DNA of 16,344 nt from Myxococcota bacterium. GTDB lineage: Bacteria > Myxococcota_A > UBA796 > GCA-2862545. The stretch covers positions 1 through 16,344 of the forward strand of contig JBCCQY010000189.1 of the NCBI GenBank assembly GCA_039208735.1. Reading direction: 5' to 3'. The first letter of the stretch is position 1. Every line of letters starts with the position of its first letter. This document shows positions 1-9,273 of the stretch, piece after piece. Below the pieces are notes generated by a model. The model was not told the origin of the DNA, searched no databases, and was given only the letters and a program-made list of their open reading frames with translations. The position numbers and the translations under genes are program-made.

Positions 1-107
1 AGGAGTTCGAGGTCGTAGTGCGGGCTGTCCGGAGTCACCTGGCCGGGTGGGCCGGGTGGGCCGGCGAATGCAGCGAGTACGCTTAGGAAGAAGACGATCG
101 CAATCAT
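1..107 (-). CDS. 5' part of a secreted/exported protein (runs off the window)
   Basis: Minus strand reads MIAIVFFLSVLAAFA-GPPGPPGQVTPDSPHYDLEL..., a signal-peptide-like N-terminus ending in AFA. Its ATG (107-105) overlaps the TGA of the HD gene (ATGA coupling). Not in the ORF track because it is partial. Confidence 0.7.
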   Translation of the reverse strand, partial: MIAIVFFLSVLAAFAGPPGPPGQVTPDSPHYDLEL

Positions 108-706
108 GCAGACTCCCAGGGTGCTCCGCAATCCGTGTGCAAGCCGGCGACTGCGCTCGTCAGCTCGTCGAGCAGGGGATGTCGCCATCCTTGACCGAGG
201 GCGTGCACCATGGCTGCGTAATACCACAGGGTGCCGTCGCGACCGCCGTTGAAGTGGTCGAGCGCAGCGGCTCCTTCGGCCTCCACTTCGCGACGCAATG
301 ACCGGACGTTGTGCAGCTTGTCGGCAGTGCAAATCAGCTTGACTTCCACGGCTTCGTTGCGGATCCGATCGATGAACGCCGTTTTACGGTCGCGCCAAGG
401 CGGTTTGGGCCGGATCGAAACCACATCCGAGAGCGCTTCGACAAACTCGCGCACGCGTGGTCCGAATTCTGCCTCGAGCCGAGCGGGGGTGGCGCCTTCG
501 ATATCTTCGAGCCAGTCGTGAAGGACGGCTGCAATCAGCTGATCTTCGTCGCCCCCATGCTCGCCCACCAATGCGGTTACCGCGAACAGATGGGTAATGT
601 ACGGAATATTCCCTTTTTTACGCACAATCGGCCGAAAGTCGCGTACCGCCAACGCGACGGCTTGATCGAATCGTTCGCTGTAGGTCACGGGAAGATCGCT
701 TGGCAC
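104..706 (-). CDS. HD-domain hydrolase, MESH1/SpoT-HD (small alarmone hydrolase)-like
   Basis: 200 aa with RKKGNIPYITH, AAVLHDWLED, VEALSD, KPPWRDRK and ADKLHN, matching the RelA/SpoT HD (HD_4) motif order. No synthetase domain. GGAGG precedes the GTG start. Confidence 0.88.
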   Translation of the reverse strand: MPSDLPVTYSERFDQAVALAVRDFRPIVRKKGNIPYITHLFAVTALVGEHGGDEDQLIAAVLHDWLEDIEGATPARLEAEFGPRVREFVEALSDVVSIRPKPPWRDRKTAFIDRIRNEAVEVKLICTADKLHNVRSLRREVEAEGAAALDHFNGGRDGTLWYYAAMVHALGQGWRHPLLDELTSAVAGLHTDCGAPWESA

Positions 707-874
707 TGGCCCTCCGAGGCACTCGGCGGTATCTCGTAGAGAGGCGACTGTCCCACAGGCAACGCAGCATTCGAAGCGAACTGCAGAGGACCGGTTTGCA
801 CAGGTTTATGTTCTGTGAACACTGGGACACCCATGCGTAACTACCTCTGGTGAGGAGGCGGCTACGACCTAACT

Positions 875-2767
875 ATGCAACTGTCCGAAGCAGACTCGTC
901 GCGCGTCCTGCGTCCCCCCCGACTCAACGGGCGGTACGTGGTCACCCGTCTGCTTGGCAAGGGCGCACAAGCGAGGGTGTACCTTGCGATGGACGCGCGA
1001 CTGAAGCAGTGGCGAGCCGTCAAGGTGTTGGCTCCCGACTACGTCACCGATCACCAAGTGCGAGTAAGATTCGATAATGAGGCGCGCGCCATGGCGCGGA
1101 TGTCGCATCGGAATCTGCTACGGATTCTCGACATCGATAGCGATGGCGAATTGCCTTTCATTGTCATGGAACTTGCGCGAGCCGGAGCGGTCACGGACTG
1201 GCTCAAACGCCACGGTCCAATGCCTCCTCACCTTGCGATCGACGTGATTCGGCAGGCCTGTGATGGGTTGGCGCATGCACATCACCTCGGTGTCGTACAT
1301 CGGGATGTGAAACCCCACAATCTGCTAATTTCAGACGATGGTCGCATTTTGCTCACCGACTTCGGGATCGCACAGTTGGGGGAGGACGCCTCCCTTACTC
1401 AGACGGGATCCGTGTTGGGTACTTTTGCCTACATGGCACCTGAGCAGCGGAACGACACGAAGTCGGTTGACACGCGAACGGACGTGTATGCGCTTGGGGC
1501 GACCCTCTACACTTGCTTGACGTTGCGCACGTCCGCAGAGCTGTTCTTCGCCGAGAATCGTGACGACATCCTCGACGGGATCCCCGAGGAACTGGCGCTC
1601 GTGATCCTCGACGCGTGTCGCTACGATCGAGAGGATCGCATCCCGAGCGTCGAAGCCCTCCGTGACCGGCTGCTGGAGAGTGTGGGTGGGCTGACCGAGA
1701 CCGAATGCCCGCCGATCAACAGCGCGGTGATGCCGGTGCCGGATCGCCCGCCCAAGGTGCTGGGGATGGACTCTGGGGTCGCCGATCTGGCCGACCTGTT
1801 GTCGGTGCGTGCGCTCGATGACGAGACCGTGATTCCGCGAAGCCCCGCCGAGATGCTCTTCGAAGAGCAGTCGACCACGCTCTACAGCGACACGGGCTAC
1901 GACGACGACGACGCGGACTTCCAGTTCGCGGACGATTCGATGCCCCCGAAGCGGATGGAGCCCGGGGACGGTGGGGCCACCCAGCCGAGTGAAGTTCCCG
2001 ATGCCGCCTGGGCCCAACGCGGTACGGCCGATGGCCTGTACCATCCCGACCTCATGACGACGGCGGGGTTCACGACGCGACCGAACGCGATGAAGCGGGG
2101 TGAGTTCGATCACGACTCCGTCCGAAGGCCGTTCGCCGAGCTTTCAGAGGAGGATGCGCCATCGTACGTCGACGTGTCCACCCTCGACCGCCCGAAGCCT
2201 ACGATCGAAGGCCCGCCTCATCCTCGGGTCACGTCTTCGGTGGCCGGACGACGTCGAAGCCCGGTGGTTCCTCCCTCGATTCACACGGCCGAACCGGCTG
2301 CGGTACGACGGGCTCGCGAGGAGGCGGATCGGTTGCCCTACGGGCTGTATGCGGGCATGGCGGTGATGTTCGCCCTGACGTTGTTTGTCAGCTGGGGCAT
2401 CGTCGAGAAGGCCTTCACCAGCTGGCAGGCCCGAGAAGCTGGCCGTCAGTTACTCCAGGCCGTACACGAGCAGCAGCTTGTGATCGCGGAACTCGACGCG
2501 GCAGGGCTCGATCGCTCGCCTCTCGAGGTGCTCTGGTACGAGATCCAGGATGCGGAGCCCGGCACCCGGGCGCCCCATGCGGCAGCGTTTGCGGATGCGG
2601 TGGCGAACGAGGCGGAGCGGCTCCAGCTCCGTGGCATCCCAGGGGCCCAGGCCGCCCAGCTTCGGTTGGCTGAACGCGAATGGTCGAGCGCGAAGTCGAG
2701 GGCCGACGGCGCTCGCGAGGCGTTGACGGGCCGAGTCACTGGATCGTTGGGCGTCTTCGCCTACTGA
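875..2767 (+). CDS. Hanks-type serine/threonine protein kinase with C-terminal transmembrane helix
   Basis: LGKGAQARV (Gly loop), AVKVL, HRDVKPHN, DFGIA, GTFAYMAPEQ and DVYALG. An acidic/Pro-rich linker follows, then a hydrophobic segment (LYAGMAVMFALTLFVSWGIV) and a helical C-terminal region. Confidence 0.95.
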   Translation: MQLSEADSSRVLRPPRLNGRYVVTRLLGKGAQARVYLAMDARLKQWRAVKVLAPDYVTDHQVRVRFDNEARAMARMSHRNLLRILDIDSDGELPFIVMELARAGAVTDWLKRHGPMPPHLAIDVIRQACDGLAHAHHLGVVHRDVKPHNLLISDDGRILLTDFGIAQLGEDASLTQTGSVLGTFAYMAPEQRNDTKSVDTRTDVYALGATLYTCLTLRTSAELFFAENRDDILDGIPEELALVILDACRYDREDRIPSVEALRDRLLESVGGLTETECPPINSAVMPVPDRPPKVLGMDSGVADLADLLSVRALDDETVIPRSPAEMLFEEQSTTLYSDTGYDDDDADFQFADDSMPPKRMEPGDGGATQPSEVPDAAWAQRGTADGLYHPDLMTTAGFTTRPNAMKRGEFDHDSVRRPFAELSEEDAPSYVDVSTLDRPKPTIEGPPHPRVTSSVAGRRRSPVVPPSIHTAEPAAVRRAREEADRLPYGLYAGMAVMFALTLFVSWGIVEKAFTSWQAREAGRQLLQAVHEQQLVIAELDAAGLDRSPLEVLWYEIQDAEPGTRAPHAAAFADAVANEAERLQLRGIPGAQAAQLRLAEREWSSAKSRADGAREALTGRVTGSLGVFAY

Positions 2768-2834
2768 AAGTGTGTAAAATTCTGGCCTGTGCCCGGGCTA
2801 GGGTCGTCCTGCGTAGTGCTGGGAGGATCCAACC

Positions 2835-4613
2835 ATGTCGCTGTCTGCGCTGTCCCCCGACGGCCAGGGCCTCGTCGTTGCTCACGGCTCGGTCGTCTGG
2901 ATCGCACGCCGAAGCGAGGGCTTGGCTCCTGCCGCAGTGCTGCGAACCCCCAATGACACGGTTGCAGTGGCCAGTTCGGCCCGCCGGGTTTTTGCGCTCA
3001 CCCACGTCGGGGAGCTCATCGTGGCGGACCGCTCCGGAGAGCCTCTGGCCACCGATGAGCTTGGGGGACCGGCCCTCGACGTTGTGGTCCGAGGCCGCCA
3101 CACCATTGTGTTCGTGGGCGACGGGTATCGGCGGTGGATCGCGCCTGGCCAAGTCGTGTCCGTCGCGGTCGACCATGTCGTAGCGGGCGCGGTGGATGCC
3201 GAAGGCCGGGTCGCGGTTGCAACGTCGGATGGAACCCTTCGGGTCTTTGATGCACACGATGCTGTGTTGCAGGAGATTCCGACTCCAAAGCCGTTGCACC
3301 ACATTGTCTCGTCAACCTGGCACGACTCGGACGCTCCCGTTTGGTATGCCGCAAGCGAAGACGAGGTGTTCGTCGTCAGGGCCGACGACACCGTGTGCCA
3401 TCACATCACGCAGACCGGCGAACACCCCATCCGACATCTTGCGGCGTCGGTGGAGGGTGGGTTGCTTGCGGTGGGTTTGGGAGATTCTCTCGCGGTCATC
3501 ATGACGTTGCCCAGTCGCGACACCGTAGGCCAGCTCGCCTACAGCGGTCGCACGATCACAGGGCTGGATCTGGACTCGAATGCGGTGGTGGGGGTAGGGC
3601 TCGATCAGGGCGATGGCAACTGGTTCGAGTTGCGAACCCGGGCATTGGTTCGCACGGACCCACCCGACGGAGAACCCCGACGGACCTGGCTGGTGTCCGC
3701 GGGGTCCACGTTTGAGGATCCGCCTCCGGCGAAGGTCGAGCCGCCGAAGGTCGATCCCGAGCCTGCGCCAGCGAGGCCCGCCCCAAAGTCCTCCACGGCA
3801 GATCGTCGGCCTCCGCCACCCCACGTCGACCCTGCGTCGATCGACCACGTGAGGCGCTGCGCAACCTGTGGCGAGCCTGCCGCGGTGCCACTCAACGCGA
3901 TTTTCGCCCGTCGCATGGGATTTACGACCAACGCAGTGGCGCAGCTGGACTACCGCTGCCAGCACTGTGGAACGCCTTTCGGAATCCAGAGCCTCGCCGA
4001 AATTCGACTGATTGCCGCTGCGATCCTTGCCATGCCGTTGCTGGGCGTCCTCTCGGCGTGGGTCAGCATCCCCTTCGCCGAGATGTCAGAGACCACCGAA
4101 CCCTATCGCTGGCTCTCCTTCCTTGGAATCGGTTTCATCCTGTTTGGGGTGGGCGGCATGGTCTGGTCGTTTGTGCGGCCGGGGCTCACGAAGCTGCGCC
4201 ATCCGAAGGTACCGGATGCTCGGGTGCCGCCGCTTCGTTACCCCCGGCCATATCGGTTGCGGCGATGCACATGCGGGGCGTGGGCCGCGGTCAGCAAGGT
4301 GGAAGCAACCACCATCAACGGCATTCGGATGAGTACCGACCGCACCTTCCACTGCCATGAGTGCGGCAACGAGTTTACGGTGGTGCAGCCTTTCACCATG
4401 TTTCTCATGGGGGCGATCGGGCTGGCTCTCACCCCGTTCGGGGCCATCCTGCTGTTGTTCTTGGCCATGGGCCAGGCCGACTTGGGAACCGTGTGTTGCA
4501 CGGGCGGTCCCGCGGTTCTCGGGCTGTTCGGACTGTGGTCGGCCTTCACAGGGGCGCGCGACCGTTGGTTCCGGCACCCGCTCGACCCCGACGAGCCTCC
4601 ACAGTCCCTCTAG
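2835..4613 (+). CDS. Hypothetical membrane protein: WD40/beta-propeller-like N-terminus, Pro-rich linker, two Zn-ribbon + 2-TM modules
   Basis: GGAGG precedes the ATG. Repeated beta-strand units (LSPDGQGLVV, VAVATSDGTLRVFD, LLAVGLGDSLAVI) are followed by a PPPAKVEPPKVDPEP linker. CATC...CQHC and CTC...CHEC are each followed by two hydrophobic helices. Confidence 0.75.
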   Translation: MSLSALSPDGQGLVVAHGSVVWIARRSEGLAPAAVLRTPNDTVAVASSARRVFALTHVGELIVADRSGEPLATDELGGPALDVVVRGRHTIVFVGDGYRRWIAPGQVVSVAVDHVVAGAVDAEGRVAVATSDGTLRVFDAHDAVLQEIPTPKPLHHIVSSTWHDSDAPVWYAASEDEVFVVRADDTVCHHITQTGEHPIRHLAASVEGGLLAVGLGDSLAVIMTLPSRDTVGQLAYSGRTITGLDLDSNAVVGVGLDQGDGNWFELRTRALVRTDPPDGEPRRTWLVSAGSTFEDPPPAKVEPPKVDPEPAPARPAPKSSTADRRPPPPHVDPASIDHVRRCATCGEPAAVPLNAIFARRMGFTTNAVAQLDYRCQHCGTPFGIQSLAEIRLIAAAILAMPLLGVLSAWVSIPFAEMSETTEPYRWLSFLGIGFILFGVGGMVWSFVRPGLTKLRHPKVPDARVPPLRYPRPYRLRRCTCGAWAAVSKVEATTINGIRMSTDRTFHCHECGNEFTVVQPFTMFLMGAIGLALTPFGAILLLFLAMGQADLGTVCCTGGPAVLGLFGLWSAFTGARDRWFRHPLDPDEPPQSL

Positions 4614-4614
4614 T

Positions 4615-5742
4615 TTAGTTGGCGCGAATGAGCCGCACGCCGTCTGCGCTGATGTGGAGGTTGGGGCTTGATTCACCTGAGTTGTCGCGGACCTCGACCC
4701 ACTGGTCACCGCCCTCCGCAAACGCGAAGGTGCCGAGGTCTCGCCACCCGGTCTCCCCTTGTTGGTCGAGGACCACGGTCGTTTCCTCACCCTGGTGACG
4801 AATCACGTAAGGGACCGCGGCTGACCGATTGCGTGGGGCCACGACGTGCACTTCAACCTGGTAGCGGTTCGCTTGCTCGATAGTGAGGTTGGTTCTGGCG
4901 AAGTTTGAGGGTGCCGATCCGCTGTGCGCGTTCGTCCAAGTGAGGAATTCGCCCAAGGCACCCTCGGTGCGTTCACGACGCCAAAAGCGCTCTTGGCCAA
5001 AATACTCCACGCAGCCTTCGGTATCGGCGATTTCGCGGCCTTCGGGAGGCACCGGGTCGCAGCGGCTTGCCGGTGAGCGCAAGAGCGCTTGGTAGCTTGC
5101 CACCAAGGTTGCGTAAGGGGGCACGAAGACATTGCGGCCATCGAGGTTCTGCTGGATGTCGTAGTGCAGATGGGTGGTGGTGGGGACCCGATTGCCGTCG
5201 CCGTCGAAAAACGTGTTGGATACTCGGCCAATTCGGTCGCCCCGCACGACGCGGTCGCCCGCTGCGACCACCAGCGAGGCGGGTTCGAGGTGCAGGTAGC
5301 GGTGTTGGGTACCGTCCTCGGCAATCAAGGTCACCGAGAACGAGCCGATGCGCACGATCGTTCCCGTGACGGTGGCTACGGCCCAATGCTTGTCGCGCTC
5401 GCAGGTGCCGGGTCGAATGTCCTGGCCTTGATGGCCGGTGCCGGCCGGACACAGGGGCATGCGAAAGCGACGCGACTCACAGAAGTTGTCGCGCCACGGG
5501 TATTGGTAGTTTACATCGTCACATTCCCGGCCCGGAGGCCCTTGAAACCCGCCGGGGGAGTAGACCTGGGAGTTGAGGAAGGCCGGTGCCTGTTCGAGGG
5601 GAAACCGCATGCCAGGTACGTAGAGGGTTTCGTCCTCGCGGCCGGCTCCGGACTCCGGAACCAGCGCGCCTGGAGGCTCGAACGTGAATTCGGCTTCTTC
5701 GCCCATCGGCATTGCGAATGCGGCAGTGGTCAACCAAATCAC
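4615..5742 (-). CDS. Secreted M23-family zinc metallopeptidase with C-terminal Golvesin/xanthan-lyase CBM-like beta-sandwich
   Basis: Signal peptide MIWLTTAAFA. M23 motifs HQGQD (HxxxD), RYLHL, GDRVVRGDRIG and HLHYD (HxH). The C-terminal Y.I.H.G.....DQ....W..LG.F.F...ADGVRL pattern is typical of Golvesin-type domains. The GTG start overlaps the upstream stop (GTGA). Confidence 0.85.
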   Translation of the reverse strand: MIWLTTAAFAMPMGEEAEFTFEPPGALVPESGAGREDETLYVPGMRFPLEQAPAFLNSQVYSPGGFQGPPGRECDDVNYQYPWRDNFCESRRFRMPLCPAGTGHQGQDIRPGTCERDKHWAVATVTGTIVRIGSFSVTLIAEDGTQHRYLHLEPASLVVAAGDRVVRGDRIGRVSNTFFDGDGNRVPTTTHLHYDIQQNLDGRNVFVPPYATLVASYQALLRSPASRCDPVPPEGREIADTEGCVEYFGQERFWRRERTEGALGEFLTWTNAHSGSAPSNFARTNLTIEQANRYQVEVHVVAPRNRSAAVPYVIRHQGEETTVVLDQQGETGWRDLGTFAFAEGGDQWVEVRDNSGESSPNLHISADGVRLIRAN

Positions 5743-6389
5743 GGCTTTTTATCTCCCGCATACCTTAGTTTCTTGACGTATCGCCGAGCCGTGGACTCAT
5801 CGGCGCACGCTGGCGCATTGGGCCCCTTGGTGCACTCGATCTCGAGGTTGTAGGCCGCGCCAAAGAGTGAGAAGCTCGCCGTCACGATGCCTTCGGTACG
5901 GGTGAAGGTGACCTCATCGCGCTTGCCCATTCGCGACCGTTCTTCCTCGGTGAAGTCGACGGAATGGGCGGCCCGCGAACCCCGGATCAAAACCTGGTGT
6001 TCGGCGTCGCCGAGCGTGGCGGTGTACCAGCCTTCGCCACTGAACACTTGAATGTCGCCCAGCAGGGCAGGCTCGTTCGGCAGCAAAACCGGAACCCCAC
6101 TTTTTTGCAGGGCCTTGTCGACGTCTTCGGTGACGAAGGCCTTGTCGATGCGTTCGCGCTTCAGCGCTTGTACCCAGTCGATGGGATCGAGACGTCGATT
6201 CCCCGGCATTCGCACCGTCTTCTTCTCCGTCATTTCTTCCATCGGGTCGATGGGATCGACGGGTTCGGGCGGGGGATTCGGGTCGAAGAGGCCACAGCCA
6301 GCGATCAAGAGGAGGACCACGAGAACTCCGGAAGCTCCACGCCAAAGCGTGGACGTACACGGTGCAGCAGGGTGGAGGAACCCTACCAT
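5739..6389 (-). CDS. Putative lipoprotein, translationally coupled to the M23 peptidase
   Basis: A hydrophobic stretch ends in the lipobox LLIAG-C, followed by a Pro-rich linker. The start is uncertain: the track start at 6458 overlaps selB, so the ATG at 6389 or a later start is more likely. Confidence 0.7.
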   Translation of the reverse strand: MVGFLHPAAPCTSTLWRGASGVLVVLLLIAGCGLFDPNPPPEPVDPIDPMEEMTEKKTVRMPGNRRLDPIDWVQALKRERIDKAFVTEDVDKALQKSGVPVLLPNEPALLGDIQVFSGEGWYTATLGDAEHQVLIRGSRAAHSVDFTEEERSRMGKRDEVTFTRTEGIVTASFSLFGAAYNLEIECTKGPNAPACADESTARRYVKKLRYAGDKKP

Positions 6390-6442
6390 CAGAGGCTCCC
6401 GTGGGGATGGTACGTTCGTGGAGCTTGCTGGAGGTCGAGGCG

Positions 6443-8281
6443 ATGGCACAACCGTCACTCGTCGTGGGTACCGCCGGGCACATCGATCACGGCAAGACCA
6501 GCCTCGTTCGGTTGCTGACCGGCCAGGATTTGGACCGATTGCCCGAAGAAAAGGAGCGCGGAATCACCATCGCGCTGGGATTTGCTCCACTGGACCTTCC
6601 GGATGGTCGTCGAGTCGGCCTTGTGGATGTGCCAGGCCACGAGCGGTTGGTTCGCACCATGATCGCGGGTGCGACGGGCATGGACGCGGTGGTGCTCTGT
6701 GTTTCGGCGGTCGATGGGGTGATGCCGCAGACCCGAGAGCACCTGTCGATTCTCGAGTTGCTGGGCGTGCGTCAAGGCACGGTCGCCATCACGATGGCCG
6801 ACCTGGTCGATGATGAGATGATCGAGTTGGTGGGAGAAGACGTTGCGGACACGGTCGAGGGCACATTCCTCGAAGGCGTGACCCCCACGGTGGTGAGTGC
6901 GAAGGACGGTCGCGGCAAGGACGCGCTGATCGACGCGATTGCGATGTTTCGCTCACAGGAACGCGCCATTGAGGGCCCGTTTCGCCTGCCGGTGGATCGA
7001 ACGTTTTCGCGACCCGGCTTTGGCACGGTGGTCACCGGGACCGCGTGGTCGGGTCGGATTCAAGAAGGGGACCAAGTCCAGCTGCTGCCCGACGGGGGGC
7101 AGGCGCGCGTGCGCAGCATCGAAGTGCACGGGGAGAAGGTCAACGAGGCGATGGCGGGTCGTCGAACGGCGCTCAATCTGGCCGGGGTCGACGGCGAGGT
7201 GGCCCGAGGCACGCTTGTGGCCACAGGGGAGCTGCCCGTCAGCTCGATTCTCGACGTGCGGTACCACCATCTGTCCGAGGCGCCCGAGCTGACGGATGGG
7301 GCGTCCGTCGTGGTGTTGCATGGGACCACGGAGCGCCACGCCCGGCTCGCCATCGTGGATCCCGAGGTGGAGGCGGTGGCTCCTGGGACGTCGTTGTGGG
7401 TCCAGCTACGTCTGGATCGGCCCCTGCCCTGTCTGCCGGGTGACCGCTTCGTGCTTCGGCGGCCTTCGCCGGTCGAAACCCTAGGGGGGGGGCACATCGT
7501 CGATCCCTACGCTCCGCGGTTGCGGAGGAAGGACCGTCCGGTTGCGGCGACGCAGCTGAGGGAACTCGACCAGGGCGATCACGAGGTGTGGCTGGATCGG
7601 GCAGGCGACCTGGGGGTCGCCGAAGCGGAATGGGCCCGGCGAAGCGACCAGGAGGTCGGTGACGTGTTGGGCGATCGGCGAGTGTCGAACAAGGTGCTCG
7701 TGCGGCTACAAGGCGCCCTGTTGGAGGCCCTTGCGGCCTACCACCACGAGCATCCACTGTCGTTGGGGGCCCATCGTCGGGAACTGCGGCGAGGTCGGCT
7801 GGCGCATCTGCCGGAAAAGCCCTTCGATGCCCTGGTGATGCGTCTTGCGACCGAGCAGGCGGTCATGGTGGAGGGCGCTCTTGTCCGCATTGCGGGCCAC
7901 GCGGTCGTCCTGACCGACGAACAACAGGCGGTGCGGAAGAAGGTCGAAGCCAAAGTGGCGGCGGCGGGGCTTGCGGGCTGTCCGTCTGCGGAGCTGGAAG
8001 CGGCGCTGGGCGATGATGTGGCCGCGATTCTTCGACTGTCAGAGGCGGACGGCCGACTTCGGGAAATCCCGGCCATTGGTTGGCTCGCTGAGTCCGTGCT
8101 GAGCGAACTCCGCGAACAGATTCGCACGTGGTTCGCCGACCACGAGGATCTCTCGCCCGGCGACTTCAAGGAACTGACGGGATTGACCCGCAAAACCGCC
8201 ATTCCACTCCTTGAGTGGCTCGACGGGCAACGCATCACGCTCCGCACCCCGGACCGCCGCATGCCGGGTCCAGCGCTCTGA
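6443..8281 (+). CDS. selB: Selenocysteine-specific translation elongation factor SelB
   Basis: [44 protein letters not shown]...GFGTVVTGT and GDRFVLR...TLGGG. The C-terminal winged-helix [14 protein letters not shown]...R is SelB-specific. Start set at ATG 6443 after GGAGG/GAGG. Confidence 0.96.
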   Translation: MAQPSLVVGTAGHIDHGKTSLVRLLTGQDLDRLPEEKERGITIALGFAPLDLPDGRRVGLVDVPGHERLVRTMIAGATGMDAVVLCVSAVDGVMPQTREHLSILELLGVRQGTVAITMADLVDDEMIELVGEDVADTVEGTFLEGVTPTVVSAKDGRGKDALIDAIAMFRSQERAIEGPFRLPVDRTFSRPGFGTVVTGTAWSGRIQEGDQVQLLPDGGQARVRSIEVHGEKVNEAMAGRRTALNLAGVDGEVARGTLVATGELPVSSILDVRYHHLSEAPELTDGASVVVLHGTTERHARLAIVDPEVEAVAPGTSLWVQLRLDRPLPCLPGDRFVLRRPSPVETLGGGHIVDPYAPRLRRKDRPVAATQLRELDQGDHEVWLDRAGDLGVAEAEWARRSDQEVGDVLGDRRVSNKVLVRLQGALLEALAAYHHEHPLSLGAHRRELRRGRLAHLPEKPFDALVMRLATEQAVMVEGALVRIAGHAVVLTDEQQAVRKKVEAKVAAAGLAGCPSAELEAALGDDVAAILRLSEADGRLREIPAIGWLAESVLSELREQIRTWFADHEDLSPGDFKELTGLTRKTAIPLLEWLDGQRITLRTPDRRMPGPAL

Positions 8282-8541
8282 GCGCCGGCGTCGCTTCGCT
8301 CCGGCGGAACGCGTCGCGCGGAGCGCTCGAGCTTGAACAATTCCGAGCGATGAGCGCCTCGTCTACCTCCACCTGAACGTCGATCGCGTGGCTTCGATAG
8401 ACGGGGCCCGACTACTCCTTGTGTCAGCCAGGATTAGACGAAAAGAAGGTCGAGCGACCTATCTGCCAGGCTGGTGAAGAGCGAGAGGTCAAGCTCCGAG
8501 CTCTCCGCAAGCGCCTAGCGCAACCGATGCGGTCCAATCAT

Positions 8542-8591
8542 TGCGCATAGTTGGTTATCCCGAGTTTTTTCACGAATGCCGGTCGTGCCCC
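8542..8591 (-). repeat. 50-bp transposon-end-like sequence, copy L (GGGG terminus at 8591)
   Basis: Minus strand GGGGCACGACCGGCATTCGTGAAAAAACTCGGGATAACCAACTATGCGCA aligns ungapped at 37/50 with 15979-16028. The GGGG start and AAAACTC at positions 24-30 resemble the Tn3 38-bp IR. Confidence 0.7.
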
Positions 8592-8724
8592 TGACCAAGG
8601 GAGGACTGGTAGCGCTTGAGCCAGGTCCCGCTTTGGCTGCCCCGCCTGTGCTCCCTGGTTGGGGAGCGCAAACCCTGGAATACGAAGTCGTTCCTGCTGG
8701 GGTTCAGCACTAGCGATCGAGGTT

Positions 8725-9180
8725 TCGCTTCTCCCCCGTCGCAGGTCTGCTGGAACAGCGCACGAGCCCGCCCGTGGTCCATCTCCACCCCGAGGCCCTT
8801 GGAGTACAGGCCCCCGAGGTTGGTGCAGCCCCCGGCCTCCTCCCCGTCGCAGGCCTGCTGGTACAGCGCGCGCGCCCGTCCGTGGTCCACCGCCACCCCC
8901 TCGCCCTTCGCGTACAGCACCCCGAGGTTGGTGCAGCCCCCGGCCTCCCCCCTGTCGCAGGCCTGCTGGTACAGCACATGAGCCCGCTTGTAGTCCACCG
9001 CCACCCCGAGGCCTTGGTCATACAGGAACCCGAGACCGGCGCAGCCCCCGGCATTCCCCCCGTCGCAGGCCTGCTGGAACAGCACGTGAGCCCGCTTGTA
9101 GTCCACCGCCACCCCGAGGCCATTCGTGTACAGGAACCCGAGGTTGCTGCAGCCTTGGGGCTCCCCGGCAAAGCAGGCCA
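8725..9180. repeat. 108-bp tandem repeats encoding the Sel1 units
   Basis: The GCAGG(C/T)C anchor recurs at 8741, 8849, 8957, 9065 and 9173 (period 108). Confidence 0.92.
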
Positions 9181-9205
9181 CCCCGTACGTGCGAAGGGCC
9201 GCACG
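8725..9205 (-). pseudogene. Sel1-like repeat (SLR) protein fragment, four complete 36-aa repeats (within ORF 8570-9259)
   Basis: GCxNLGxLYxxGxGVxxDxxRAxxLxQQACDxG occurs four times. The ORF begins mid-repeat without a signal peptide and degenerates after CDGGEAK into non-repeat sequence that crosses the 50-bp repeat. Confidence 0.8.
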
Positions 9206-9273
9206 ACTACGTCGTGAGCAGGGCCCTCTCCGCTTTGCTCGGCTGCGAGATGGGAGCATCAGAAGGGTCGGCG

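Noticed and set aside
6362..6458. Overlap between extended N-termini of selB (6362) and the lipoprotein (6458)
   Set aside because: Artefact of longest-ORF calling. SelB homology and an SD support ATG 6443, and the lipobox supports a later lipoprotein start.
7484..7492. G9 tract in selB as a phase-variation site
   Set aside because: It is in frame and encodes the conserved GGG of the SelB TLGGG motif.
8282..8541. tRNA-Sec (selC) or another structured RNA after selB
   Set aside because: No UCA anticodon arm, T-loop or acceptor stem could be built on either strand. Only short GC hairpins are present (8283-8306; AGGTCG-ag-CGACCT), without U-tracts.
8540..8567. XerC/D dif site, since TGCGCATA resembles the XerC arm (also at 16021-16028)
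   Set aside because: Spacing to the TTAT arm is 4 rather than 6 bp, there is no TTATGTTAAAT-like XerD arm, and the similarity between the two copies extends over 50 bp.
8403..8591. 189-bp MITE from GGGGCCCGAC (8403) to copy L
   Set aside because: Only the first 10 bp match (9/10) and there is no flanking duplication, which is too weak in GC-rich DNA.
8700..8713. IS end at CAGCACTAG
   Set aside because: No partner repeat or transposase was found, and Sel1 homology stops about 10 bp away from it.
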